The translations under genes were made by a program, and so were the position numbers. From assembly GCA_038883715.1 (NCBI GenBank), contig JAVZLS010000013.1, forward strand, positions 1 through 41,145: a DNA stretch of 41,145 nt. Direction: 5' to 3'. The notes under the pieces are model-generated. The model did no database searches, was not told the DNA's origin, and saw nothing but the letters and a program-made list of their open reading frames with translations. Numbering within the stretch: position 1 is the first letter of the stretch; each line of letters begins with the position of its first letter. This DNA comes from Candidatus Bathyarchaeia archaeon. Lineage in GTDB: Archaea > Thermoproteota > Bathyarchaeia > Bathyarchaeales > Bathycorpusculaceae. This document shows, piece by piece, positions 27,550 to 36,597 of this stretch.

Positions 27550-28212
27550 TTAAGATGTTTCTGTTGTGGATTTTTCTGGAAGCGGCACCTGCGGGATCCC
27601 TGCCGGAAGCTCTGGGAACTTCTCCTTAATTTTCTGTTCAGCCACAGCTGCAGCCTCAGTAAGTATTTTTTGGGCGTCTTCGTTAGCTGTTTCAAAGTTT
27701 ATGGATAATCCTGTGCTTTGTCCAGCCTCAACTATTATTCCGCTTAAAAGGTTGCCTATCTGCCCTAACTCCCTCTCCGCTTCTGGGAAGATGTTAGCCA
27801 TTCCAGTTTTTACGGCTCTTAGCACGCTTACTGCGGGTCCAAGAGTTGAAACAACGTCTCCAAGCTCTGATACTGTGCGTAATCTTAAGACTATTTGTTC
27901 AAGGGCAAGCCTAGCCTGCATAATCATCTTTTCCATCTTCCTTATCTCAGCCAACTCGTTGGCAAAGACATTTGCCCGTGCCATGTCATGCTTTGTGTAA
28001 GCATCGACAATTCTTGCAAATATTGACTTGTCTCTCTGGCTGAACCTCTCACTTGCTTGGTCTAACTTCTGTATTTGGAGTTCTATGCGTCGGACAGCCA
28101 TGTCAAGCCTCGGCTTCAACGGACCCGGCGGCCTGACAGCCTCCTTGATGCGCTCTGTTATTGGTTGCTCGTCGCGTCTCTCATCCCATTTTCTACTAAA
28201 CTTTTCGGACAA
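27550..28212 (-). CDS. second ESCRT-III/Snf7 paralog without wH (CdvB1/B2-like); TTG start at 28212
   Basis: RANVFANELAEIRK, LRLRTV, EDAQKILTEAAAVAE, FPELP; GGAGG-N8-TTG. Confidence 0.9.
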   Translation of the reverse strand: MSEKFSRKWDERRDEQPITERIKEAVRPPGPLKPRLDMAVRRIELQIQKLDQASERFSQRDKSIFARIVDAYTKHDMARANVFANELAEIRKMEKMIMQARLALEQIVLRLRTVSELGDVVSTLGPAVSVLRAVKTGMANIFPEAERELGQIGNLLSGIIVEAGQSTGLSINFETANEDAQKILTEAAAVAEQKIKEKFPELPAGIPQVPLPEKSTTETS

Positions 28213-28432
28213 GCTTGATTCCTCCAAAAAGAGGCTTAAGGGGCATGGCAAATCTTTATACATTCTTAATATGCCCGCATTATCCACGTATATATGTAGA
28301 GCTATATGTGCCGGCTGAAACCTTTTTGAGCTTTAATTTTCCAGTGAAAAGAACTCCTTGCTGTTTTCTCGGAAATAGACAAAAAAGTGTAAGTTAGACT
28401 AAAAAGAGGCTTATAATTCAATTCTAGGCTAG

Positions 28433-28657
28433 GTGGAAAAGATGGGCGAAAGATTAAAGGTATTCGTGTTTGTCGCAATCCTCGGATTCTTCGCGGGAAT
28501 CGTAGCTGAACTAACAATAGAGTACGTTATTCCAGCGCTTGCAGCTATACTGCCAGTTCTATTCAGTAAATACATCCTCGCGGGACTAACAGGTGCCTTC
28601 CTAACACTCATAATGGTTAGCATATGGGCATACATTACAGGACCAAAAGAAACATAG
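28433..28657 (+). CDS. small two-TM membrane protein
   Basis: Two hydrophobic helices; TATA-like TTATAA just upstream; divergent from the cdv operon. Confidence 0.7.
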   Translation: MEKMGERLKVFVFVAILGFFAGIVAELTIEYVIPALAAILPVLFSKYILAGLTGAFLTLIMVSIWAYITGPKET

Positions 28658-28730
28658 TTCTCCAAACTTCCGTTCACCTTTTTACCTCCTTCTTCCAGCG
28701 AATTGTTAGCGGATTGCATAGCCGTTTATT

Positions 28731-28793
28731 TTGGACTCAGAAGCGGAAAAAGCAATCATCAGTTCAGTGTACCTCGATTTCTTCATCGTCCAA
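28731..28793 (-). ncRNA. box C/D methylation guide sRNA
   Basis: Minus strand TTGGAC-G-ATGAAGA(C)-AATCGAGGTACA-CTGA(D')-AC-TGATGA(C')-TTGCTTTTTCCGCTT-CTGA(D)-GTCCAA, with a 6-bp terminal stem. Confidence 0.9.
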
Positions 28794-28870
28794 GAAATAC
28801 AAAGTGTTAACGAAATTATTTATGTTTTGCAACCATTGTAAGGTTGAAAAGCTGTGCGGAGAGAAAATCT

Positions 28871-29374
28871 TTGGAAAGAAGCTATGTTGAGAATTATCGT
28901 TTAAGGCTTGAAAACGCCTCAAGTTATGGTGCCATTTGGGAGGTTGTTAAGGACACCGTTGCCTTTTCTCTGAACCAGCGGAGGGCTGGGATGATGCTTT
29001 TCCTCGATGATTTGCCCATACAGTTAGGCGCCTACCACCCCATTGGAACAAACAACATTATTCTGAACCGCATCCTTGTCAAGGCTGTTGAAGCCTCTAC
29101 AAATTCGAAGCGTGTTGTAAACGCCTTAATCTATAATCTGCTTCTCCACGAGTATCTCCACGCACTGGGGCATGTCTCCGAATTAAAGGTTAGGCAGCTA
29201 GTCTATCATGTCGCAAAGGAGTGTTTCGGCGAAGAGCATATAACAACAACCATAGCCAAAAGCAGTCCGTGGGCTCTGCTGAAGAGCATACCCCTAGACA
29301 AGGCTTTTCACGCCAAGCGGGTCATGGAAATTGTTAAGGACTTTGAGAAGACAGACCAGAAATACATAGTTTAG
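28871..29374 (+). CDS. small zincin-like HEXXH protein
   Basis: LLHEYLHALGH..E; GGAG before TTG 28871 (track start 28844). Confidence 0.7.
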   Translation: MERSYVENYRLRLENASSYGAIWEVVKDTVAFSLNQRRAGMMLFLDDLPIQLGAYHPIGTNNIILNRILVKAVEASTNSKRVVNALIYNLLLHEYLHALGHVSELKVRQLVYHVAKECFGEEHITTTIAKSSPWALLKSIPLDKAFHAKRVMEIVKDFEKTDQKYIV

Positions 29375-29391
29375 GAGGGGCGGATGAAAAT

Positions 29392-30225
29392 ATGTGCGGC
29401 ATATTTGGCTACATACTGAAAAAGCCGATAGAAGTCGCATACGCCTTAAAAGTTCTCCAAAAACTTGAGAGGCATCAATACCCAAACGAGCCAAAACCCG
29501 TTGGGGGCTACGGTGCCGGAATAGCCATCCTCACAAGCTCTGGAATGGTGTTGCTTGAAAAAGTTGGAAAGGTTGATGGTTCACCAGCGGAACACTTGGC
29601 TAAAACATGCAAGTTTGACACAGCATCGGTTTTGATTGGACATGTGCGGTTGCCAAGCCCATGGTTCATGGAAACAGCCCATTTTAGGGAGACAGCCCAA
29701 CCATATGTTGTGCAGTGTTTTTCTGGCTTAACGGTGATTTCAGCCCATAACGGAAACGTGACAAACTATAAGGCTATTCGAGAAAGGCTTAGCGGAAAAC
29801 ACCTTTTCGAGTCCGAGAGAGCTGAGCTTATAGACTCCGAAGTTATACCACACTTGTTTGAAGAGCTTCTACTTGAGAAAGGCTGCCCAGAAGAAGCCCT
29901 AAACACGCTTTACTCAGCCGTAGATGGACCAAATACCATAAGCCTCCTCCAAATCGAGAAAGGGCGAACGCTTCTACATTTCCTTCATAAGGGGAAGACG
30001 AGAGGCTTAACTATATGGAAAAATAGGAGAGGCGAAGTTATTTTCTGTTCGAGAAAAGAACCGTTGATGGAAACGCTGGGCTTTTTCCTTGATAAAGGCA
30101 ATTTTGTGGAGCATTTGTCCATCCCGTATGGCAAAGAGGGAAACTTTAAAGTAACCTTCACTTTTAGTCTAAGGGAAAAGCTATTAGGACGGAGCCAAAA
30201 ATGTTCAGAGAAATGTCACAGTTGA
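29392..30225 (+). CDS. stand-alone class II (Ntn) glutamine amidotransferase domain protein
   Basis: MCGIFG, GHVR, HNG, DSE. Confidence 0.85.
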   Translation: MCGIFGYILKKPIEVAYALKVLQKLERHQYPNEPKPVGGYGAGIAILTSSGMVLLEKVGKVDGSPAEHLAKTCKFDTASVLIGHVRLPSPWFMETAHFRETAQPYVVQCFSGLTVISAHNGNVTNYKAIRERLSGKHLFESERAELIDSEVIPHLFEELLLEKGCPEEALNTLYSAVDGPNTISLLQIEKGRTLLHFLHKGKTRGLTIWKNRRGEVIFCSRKEPLMETLGFFLDKGNFVEHLSIPYGKEGNFKVTFTFSLREKLLGRSQKCSEKCHS

Positions 30226-30764
30226 ACAAATATTTACGTCAAGACGAGAAGATTTTATGGAGCGGCAAGCCAGAAATCGTACCCTTCATATTTTCGGGGT
30301 ATGCGGGTTTTTCCCTCTTCGGGTTTGTCTGGCTTATTTTTGTACTCATCATGATTATGTCGGTGCCAGTGACTGGCGCGCCATCTCCATTCATGTTTTT
30401 TGCAGCGTTCTTTATCCTATTCGGATTATGCATAATCATAGGTCCACTAACAGCTGAGCTTTTGAGGTACAGAAACACTGAATACGCGATCACAAATCAA
30501 CGGCTCATAGCACAAACAGGAGTCATAGGACTAGACACAAGATTCGTTGAACTAGACAAAATCCAAGAAGTTTACGTGACTGTCGGTTTGCTGGATAAAA
30601 TTTATGGAACTGGGTCAATCATTGCAGTTACTGCTGGCTATGTTCCAGTTGGAACCCCAAGCCCTCATGGAGTATTAGTGCGTCCAGCGTTTAGGGCTAT
30701 AAAAAACCCATACGAGGTTCAGAGGCTTCTCCAAGAAGCCATAAGGGGAAGAAGCAGCCCCTAA
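30213..30764 (+). CDS. membrane protein with bacterial PH (bPH_2) domain
   Basis: EKILWSGKP, two TM helices, YAITNQR, GTGSI. Confidence 0.8.
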   Translation: MSQLNKYLRQDEKILWSGKPEIVPFIFSGYAGFSLFGFVWLIFVLIMIMSVPVTGAPSPFMFFAAFFILFGLCIIIGPLTAELLRYRNTEYAITNQRLIAQTGVIGLDTRFVELDKIQEVYVTVGLLDKIYGTGSIIAVTAGYVPVGTPSPHGVLVRPAFRAIKNPYEVQRLLQEAIRGRSSP

Positions 30765-30821
30765 AAGCCCAGCAAAGGATAAGTGAATGAGACGGTCAAA
30801 AAGTATTGGCGAAACAAGATA

Positions 30822-33728
30822 ATGAAGGAAACCGTCGACCAAGATGTTTTCAAACTTCTCGCCAAGCCAATTCAAGAGGGGCTGGTTGAGCTTGGTTTTT
30901 CAAAGCCTACTTTACCACAAGTTTTGGCTGTCCCCCATATTCTAGCCGGAGAAAATGTTCTTTTGATTGCGCCAACTGGAAGCGGCAAAACAGAGGCTGT
31001 TCTTCTGCCAGTTTTCTCAAACTTTATTCAGCATAAGGAAAAGAAGGGCATAGGGATTGTTTATGTTACACCTTTAAGGGCTTTAAACCGTGATCTTTTG
31101 AAGCGCTTAGCCTTTTGGGCTTTAAGGCTTGGCATAACTATTGAGGTTAGGCACGGCGACACGGAGTTAAGACTGCGGAGGAAGCAAGCGATTTCGCCGC
31201 CCAACATGTTGGTAACAACGCCGGAAACTCTTCAAGCGGTTCTCCCAGGCGCCCGCATGAAGGAGCACCTAAAGCATGTTAGATGGTTGGTCATAGACGA
31301 GGTGCATGAGCTTGCCTCCAGCAAGCGTGGAACCCAATTGACGGTGGCTCTTGAACGCCTATACGATATTGCTGGTAAAGAGTTTCAGAGGATAGGCTTA
31401 TCAGCTACTGTTGGAAATCCGGGGAGGGTTGCCCAATTCATAGCTGGAACAAACAGAAACATAAGAGTTGTTCAAGCTTCACTTTCTAAAGGCTATAGGT
31501 ACACTGTTGAGTATCCAGCGCCAACAGAAGCCGATTACGAGTTGGCTGGGAAGATTGGCATTTCGCCGGAAGGCGCCGCCAGAATAAGGCACATAGCCGA
31601 GCTTATTGATAGCCACAAGTCCACGCTCATATTTGTGAACAGCAGAACAGTGGCAGAAATGCTTGGGCATCGCTTCACCCAGCTTGGAAGAGGCGACATA
31701 GCTGTTCATCATGGCTCCTTGTCGAAGGAGGAGCGCATCCAAATCGAGGACGACTTTAAGGCTGGAGTTTTGAAGGCTATAATTTGCACGAGCACATTGG
31801 AGCTTGGCATAGACATTGGAAGCGTGGACCTGGTCATCCAGTACCTTTCGCCGAGGCAGGTTTCCAGCCTAATCCAGAGGGTTGGGAGAAGCGGACACCG
31901 CCTGGATATACTTTCCGAAGGCGTGATAGTTACAGCTTTTCCAGACGACTTGCTGGAGTCTTTGGCTGCTGTTAGAAACGCCTACAACGGCAGAATTGAG
32001 CCAGTTCCAATTCATGAAAATGCCTTGGACGTTTTAGCTCATCAAGTTGCTGGCATACTTATGGATAAGGAGAGCGTAACCATAGACGAGCTTTTGACTT
32101 TGCTCAGAAGAGCCTACCCATATAGGCGTCTCACTAAACAAAATCTTTTGGAAGTAGTACACTTTTTAGCCAGCCTCAACCAATTAAAATTTGACGAGGA
32201 AAAGGTTTTGAGGAAAACGCGGAAGACAAGGAACTACTACTACGAGAACCTCTCAATGATTCCGGATGAGAGACGCTACCCAATAATAAACATTCTAACG
32301 GACAGACGAATCGGCACACTTGGCGACGAATTTATGGCTTTAAAAGCCCGAGTAGGCTTAAACATCATCGTCCGCGGAAAAGTTTGGCGCATAGTCCAGA
32401 TTGAGGATGAAACCGGCACAGTTTATGTAGTTCCATCTGAAGACCCATTTGCCGCCATCCCAGGATGGGATGGTGAAATGCTGCCGGTTCCCTTCGACCT
32501 AGCCCAAGAAACTGGAAGACTACGCCAAGAAATTGGCGAACTATTGAAAATTTTTGAAAAAGCCGACGTAGTGGCGGAAAAGGTTGCAGAAAAGTTCAAC
32601 ATAAACAGGGAGATGCTAAACGAGGTTGTTGGGGAGATTGAGGAGCATATAAGGCAAGGAGCACCCCTGCCAACACATAACCACATTCTCATTGAGACGT
32701 TTGACAAGTATTTGGTGGTGCACGCTTGTTTCGGCGAGATTGTAAACAGCACCCTTGGAGGCATTTTCGACGCGATACTTTCAGACAAAGAGCTTATTGT
32801 TGGCTGGTGGAACGACGGCTACCGCATACTAATTGAGGCTCCGCGAAAAATCTTGCCAAGAGAAGTTGAGAAGATGCCAGAAACGCTTTTCAGCTTAAAT
32901 GATGAGCAAGTTGAAGAAGCCTTCAAGGATTATTTGGAGGCAAAGTTTCCATACGCTTACAAAATGAAGTTCGTGGCTGAAAGGTTCGGCGCCCTCCCAA
33001 GGGGAAAAACCATGGGTCCAAAGAGGCAGAACCAACTGCCCGCCATTTTCAAGGGAACACCAATTTATGATGAGACTTTAAGGGAAGCTATGCTCGAGAA
33101 AGCCGACCTAGAAAAGGTTAAGGAGATCATGCGAAACATTAAAAATGGAAAAATTAAGGTTAGCACATTATATAGAGCGGAGAATCCAACACCACTAGCC
33201 TACCATATTTTGGCTAAGTATAGCGACGTTTCAGAGCTTATGGCTCCGGAGCGCATCCTACTAAGCAACATCGAAAAGATGAAAAGGGCAATAGATGCGA
33301 AGATGGCGGCGCTAATGTGTATCGAATGCGGAGAATTATCTGAAAAGAAGGTTAAAGAATGGCCAGACCACCCCACATGTGGAAAATGCGGTTCAAGGCT
33401 TTTGGCATTGCTGTATCAAAGTCAGAATGCGAAACGTCTCCAAGAGATACTAGGTAAAAGGCGCATGGGCAAAAACCTAACAGAGGAAGAGCTTAAGGAG
33501 ATAGCCCATGCAAGGCGCACAGCCGACCTGATCCTAAGCTATGGAAAGAAGGCGATAATAGCCCTAAAAGTTAAAGGTGTAGGGCCAGAAACAGCCTTCA
33601 GAATTCTCTGTAAAATGCACCCCAGCGAAGGGGAGTTCTACATGGACCTTTTAAAGGCGAAAATCCAATACTTGAAGACAAGGGAGTTCTGGGAAGACAA
33701 AGAAAACCGTTTAAAAACCTTCACCTAG
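30822..33728 (+). CDS. lhr: Lhr-family SF2 helicase with C-terminal Cys4 Zn finger
   Basis: APTGSGKT, DEVH, SAT, HHGSLS, LELGID, QRVGRSGH, CIEC..CGKC. Confidence 0.92.
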   Translation: MKETVDQDVFKLLAKPIQEGLVELGFSKPTLPQVLAVPHILAGENVLLIAPTGSGKTEAVLLPVFSNFIQHKEKKGIGIVYVTPLRALNRDLLKRLAFWALRLGITIEVRHGDTELRLRRKQAISPPNMLVTTPETLQAVLPGARMKEHLKHVRWLVIDEVHELASSKRGTQLTVALERLYDIAGKEFQRIGLSATVGNPGRVAQFIAGTNRNIRVVQASLSKGYRYTVEYPAPTEADYELAGKIGISPEGAARIRHIAELIDSHKSTLIFVNSRTVAEMLGHRFTQLGRGDIAVHHGSLSKEERIQIEDDFKAGVLKAIICTSTLELGIDIGSVDLVIQYLSPRQVSSLIQRVGRSGHRLDILSEGVIVTAFPDDLLESLAAVRNAYNGRIEPVPIHENALDVLAHQVAGILMDKESVTIDELLTLLRRAYPYRRLTKQNLLEVVHFLASLNQLKFDEEKVLRKTRKTRNYYYENLSMIPDERRYPIINILTDRRIGTLGDEFMALKARVGLNIIVRGKVWRIVQIEDETGTVYVVPSEDPFAAIPGWDGEMLPVPFDLAQETGRLRQEIGELLKIFEKADVVAEKVAEKFNINREMLNEVVGEIEEHIRQGAPLPTHNHILIETFDKYLVVHACFGEIVNSTLGGIFDAILSDKELIVGWWNDGYRILIEAPRKILPREVEKMPETLFSLNDEQVEEAFKDYLEAKFPYAYKMKFVAERFGALPRGKTMGPKRQNQLPAIFKGTPIYDETLREAMLEKADLEKVKEIMRNIKNGKIKVSTLYRAENPTPLAYHILAKYSDVSELMAPERILLSNIEKMKRAIDAKMAALMCIECGELSEKKVKEWPDHPTCGKCGSRLLALLYQSQNAKRLQEILGKRRMGKNLTEEELKEIAHARRTADLILSYGKKAIIALKVKGVGPETAFRILCKMHPSEGEFYMDLLKAKIQYLKTREFWEDKENRLKTFT

Positions 33729-33749
33729 AAGCTTGGCAGGTGAAAAATC

Positions 33750-35051
33750 TTGACTGAAAACAGCTCTCAGCGTGGAGAACTTAAGCCAACCCTAGGATTG
33801 TTTGATGCTACAGCCATAAGCATAGGCGCCATAGTGGGAGCCGGCATATATGTTGTTACTGGTATAGCGGCTGCCCTTGCGGGTCCAGCCTTGATTGTTT
33901 CCATGTTTTTGGCTGCAGCCATATCTATGCTTACAGCTATGAGTTTTGCTGAGTTGACAGCTTGGAAGCCTATAGAGGGAAGCATTTACGAGTATTCTTA
34001 CCAACTAATTTCGCCTCTTGCAGGATTCCTAACTGGTTGGATGTGGGTTATATCTAACACTTTTGCCGGCGCAGCTGTCTCCTTAGGCTTTGCAAGCTAT
34101 TTATGCACTCTTTTCCCGACATTACCGCCAAACGTTGTGGCGGCTGTTTTCTGCTTCCTTTTCACGGTGCTCAACTTTTTGGGGATGCGCCAATCAGCCC
34201 TCCTAAACAATGTGCTTGTGGCGGCTAAACTCTCCATTTTAGGATTCTTCGTGGTTTATGGATTCCTTTACATGAATCCTTCGAACCTTGCACCTTTTAA
34301 CCCCTTTCAAATGGGAGTTTTGTCCGGCGCATTTTACATTTTCTTTGCTTATGGCGGATTTGCAAGAGTTGCCGTAGTGGCAGAGGAGGTTAAAGATGCT
34401 AGAAGAAACGTGCCTAGAGCTATTATGCTTTCCTTGGCTATATCAACAGTGATTTACATCCTAGTTAGTTTTGTGGCTGTTGGGCTTGTAGATGCTTCAA
34501 AGCTTGCTGGCTCAAACTCGCCGCTTGCAGAGGCTATAGGCGTTACCGGAAACGCTGTTGCAGTCTACGTAGTTTCAGCTGGCGGCTTAATTGCAACAGC
34601 AAGTGTTTTGCTAACAGCCATTTTGGGGGTTTCCCGCATGGCATACGCCATGGCAAGGAGAAAAGATTTACCCAAAGTCCTAAGCAGTCTCCATCCAAAA
34701 TATAATACGCCGTATCTCTCCATATGGATCGTAGGCTCCGTCATGATTTTGCTTGTTCTCTTCGTGGACATAACAAGGGTTATAGCCATAAGCAATTTCG
34801 CACTGCTCTTCTATTATACGTTGGCTAACGTTTCAGCATTAAGGCTAAAGGCGCACAATAGAATGTACCCAAAAACAGCGCCATTTTTAGGGGCAATCTC
34901 GTGCATAACCCTTTTAATCTTCACGCTTTTTACTTTGCCCCAAGCATGGATTTTGGGCGCTGCAACTCTGGCTGTCGGCGTCGTCTACTTCTGGCTTAAA
35001 AATCTTAAGGCGCTGCTACTTATGAGAGCCATGGATTCTGAAAAACTCTAA
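33750..35051 (+). CDS. APC-family amino acid permease
   Basis: GAIVGAGIY, FAYGGF..AEEVKD, about 12 TM helices. Confidence 0.92.
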   Translation: MTENSSQRGELKPTLGLFDATAISIGAIVGAGIYVVTGIAAALAGPALIVSMFLAAAISMLTAMSFAELTAWKPIEGSIYEYSYQLISPLAGFLTGWMWVISNTFAGAAVSLGFASYLCTLFPTLPPNVVAAVFCFLFTVLNFLGMRQSALLNNVLVAAKLSILGFFVVYGFLYMNPSNLAPFNPFQMGVLSGAFYIFFAYGGFARVAVVAEEVKDARRNVPRAIMLSLAISTVIYILVSFVAVGLVDASKLAGSNSPLAEAIGVTGNAVAVYVVSAGGLIATASVLLTAILGVSRMAYAMARRKDLPKVLSSLHPKYNTPYLSIWIVGSVMILLVLFVDITRVIAISNFALLFYYTLANVSALRLKAHNRMYPKTAPFLGAISCITLLIFTLFTLPQAWILGAATLAVGVVYFWLKNLKALLLMRAMDSEKL

Positions 35052-35484
35052 CGGGTTTTCCCGTTTCCCGCTCATAGTCGCCAACATAGTACCCTTTCAC
35101 AATTTCTTTAAGGGCGTTCGGCTTCAACAAAACTTCTCCGTTAATCGCGATTATTAGTTCTCCAAAAGCCCTATCAACCCCCATTCTAAAAACTTCACCC
35201 TTTCCTACAGAAGCACTGTTTTTGATGACTCTGCCTTTAATGTTAGGCCATTTTCTCCGACATTTTTGGATTGTTGCCCATGCAATTTCGTATGTGTAGT
35301 CACTGCTTCCATCATCAACAACCAAGATTTCACAAAAGTTCGGGTACTGCGCCGCACTTTTAAAAAGGCTCCCTATAAGTTCTGAGACTTTTCTCTCTTT
35401 GTTGTAGACTGGAACAATTATGGAGACAGATGGATAACGTACCCTTTTGCACAACACATTATTTCCGCATAGTTTCCCTTGCAT
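35020..35484 (-). CDS. truncated GT2 glycosyltransferase, N-terminal half only; possible pseudogene
   Basis: VSIIVPVYN, VVDDGSSD, GK; DxD replaced by NGE; ends by overlapping the permease gene. Confidence 0.6.
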   Translation of the reverse strand: MQGKLCGNNVLCKRVRYPSVSIIVPVYNKERKVSELIGSLFKSAAQYPNFCEILVVDDGSSDYTYEIAWATIQKCRRKWPNIKGRVIKNSASVGKGEVFRMGVDRAFGELIIAINGEVLLKPNALKEIVKGYYVGDYERETGKPVRVFQNPWLS

Positions 35485-35666
35485 TAGAATTGCCGGCCCT
35501 CTCCTTTCCCGTACACTTCTTAGCCCCTTTTCAAAATAAAGCATGTATTCCCGATCGAAAATATATCAGAGAAAACTATAGCCTAAACGCTGACGGCGGA
35601 GACATATCAAAAGTTAAGAAGACATAAATACCGCTCGTACAACGTTTCTGATTCCGAGGATAAATC

Positions 35667-36497
35667 ATGGAAGACCTATCGCGTTACTACACACTCCTAA
35701 AAGACCCGACGAGGCGAAAAATAATTGAAATTTTAGGCGCTCAAGAAAAGGTGGGGTTTAAGGAGCTCCGTGAAGCCTTAGGCTTAGGCGTCGGCACCGT
35801 CTATTACCATCTTGACATGCTTTCAGACTTTCTCGAACAAGACAAGCAGCGCAAGTATAGGCTGAACTCGAAGGGACAAGCGCTCTACAGAGTCCTAAAG
35901 GAGGGAAGCATACCAGCAAACCTCGGAATAAGCGAAACCCTAAGCAACCGCGCAGCAAAATGGCTTTTTCTTTCGCCTCTCTTCGCCCAAACAATAAAGC
36001 CTTTAAGGCTTATGCCCTTATCTTTAGCAATCCTCTTTTTAGGAGCTTATGGAGCATCTATGGCAAGACTTGAACCAGCCCTATTCTTCTATTTTGAATA
36101 CTCCACCCGCAGTTCAACAAGCACCATGGCACTATTCATATTCAACTGGATAGGGCTATTCCTATTCACAGAAGCTTTAGCCCTCGCACTCTTCAAACGC
36201 GCGGGAAACGAATTACAACTCTTCACATGTATTGGGCTGGCAGCTCTTCCCCTGGCAGTTTTCCCATACATATACATGGCTGTTCCAGAAATCCTAAGCG
36301 GATTCAACCTATACTATACGGAAATTGAAATGATAAGGCAAGCTATATTAATAATTCTGCAGATTTGGAGTCTATTACTTGTTTCTGCAGCGGTCTGCCA
36401 TGGAAAGGGCTTAAGGCTTGACAAAGGCATTATCATAAGCCTAACAGCCATATACCTAAACATAGCCGCCCTCTTCATACTCGGACGCTTCACGTAA
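35667..36497 (+). CDS. ArsR-like wHTH fused to a multi-TM membrane domain
   Basis: LKDPTRRKIIEIL..GTVYYHL..YRLNSKG followed by about 5 TM helices. Confidence 0.82.
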   Translation: MEDLSRYYTLLKDPTRRKIIEILGAQEKVGFKELREALGLGVGTVYYHLDMLSDFLEQDKQRKYRLNSKGQALYRVLKEGSIPANLGISETLSNRAAKWLFLSPLFAQTIKPLRLMPLSLAILFLGAYGASMARLEPALFFYFEYSTRSSTSTMALFIFNWIGLFLFTEALALALFKRAGNELQLFTCIGLAALPLAVFPYIYMAVPEILSGFNLYYTEIEMIRQAILIILQIWSLLLVSAAVCHGKGLRLDKGIIISLTAIYLNIAALFILGRFT

Positions 36498-36498
36498 A

Positions 36499-36535
36499 AG
36501 TTCTATAATTCTAGAACTCTTGATAGGCGGAGTTC
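36499..36535. promoter_or_regulatory. overlapping inverted repeats (operator or terminator)
   Basis: AGTTCTA-N6-TAGAACT, and GAACTC-N10-GAGTTC followed by a T-run. Confidence 0.4.
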
Positions 36536-36597
36536 GGGTTTTTTGGAAGCGGTTCTCTTAATAAGCCGTTTTGCATAGTCCTTTTCGGTGAAAAAGC

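Noticed and set aside
28429-28719. Minus-strand ORF with a strong AGGAGGT-N6-GTG signal
   Set aside because: Antisense to a convincing membrane-protein gene and non-protein-like in composition; not fully excluded
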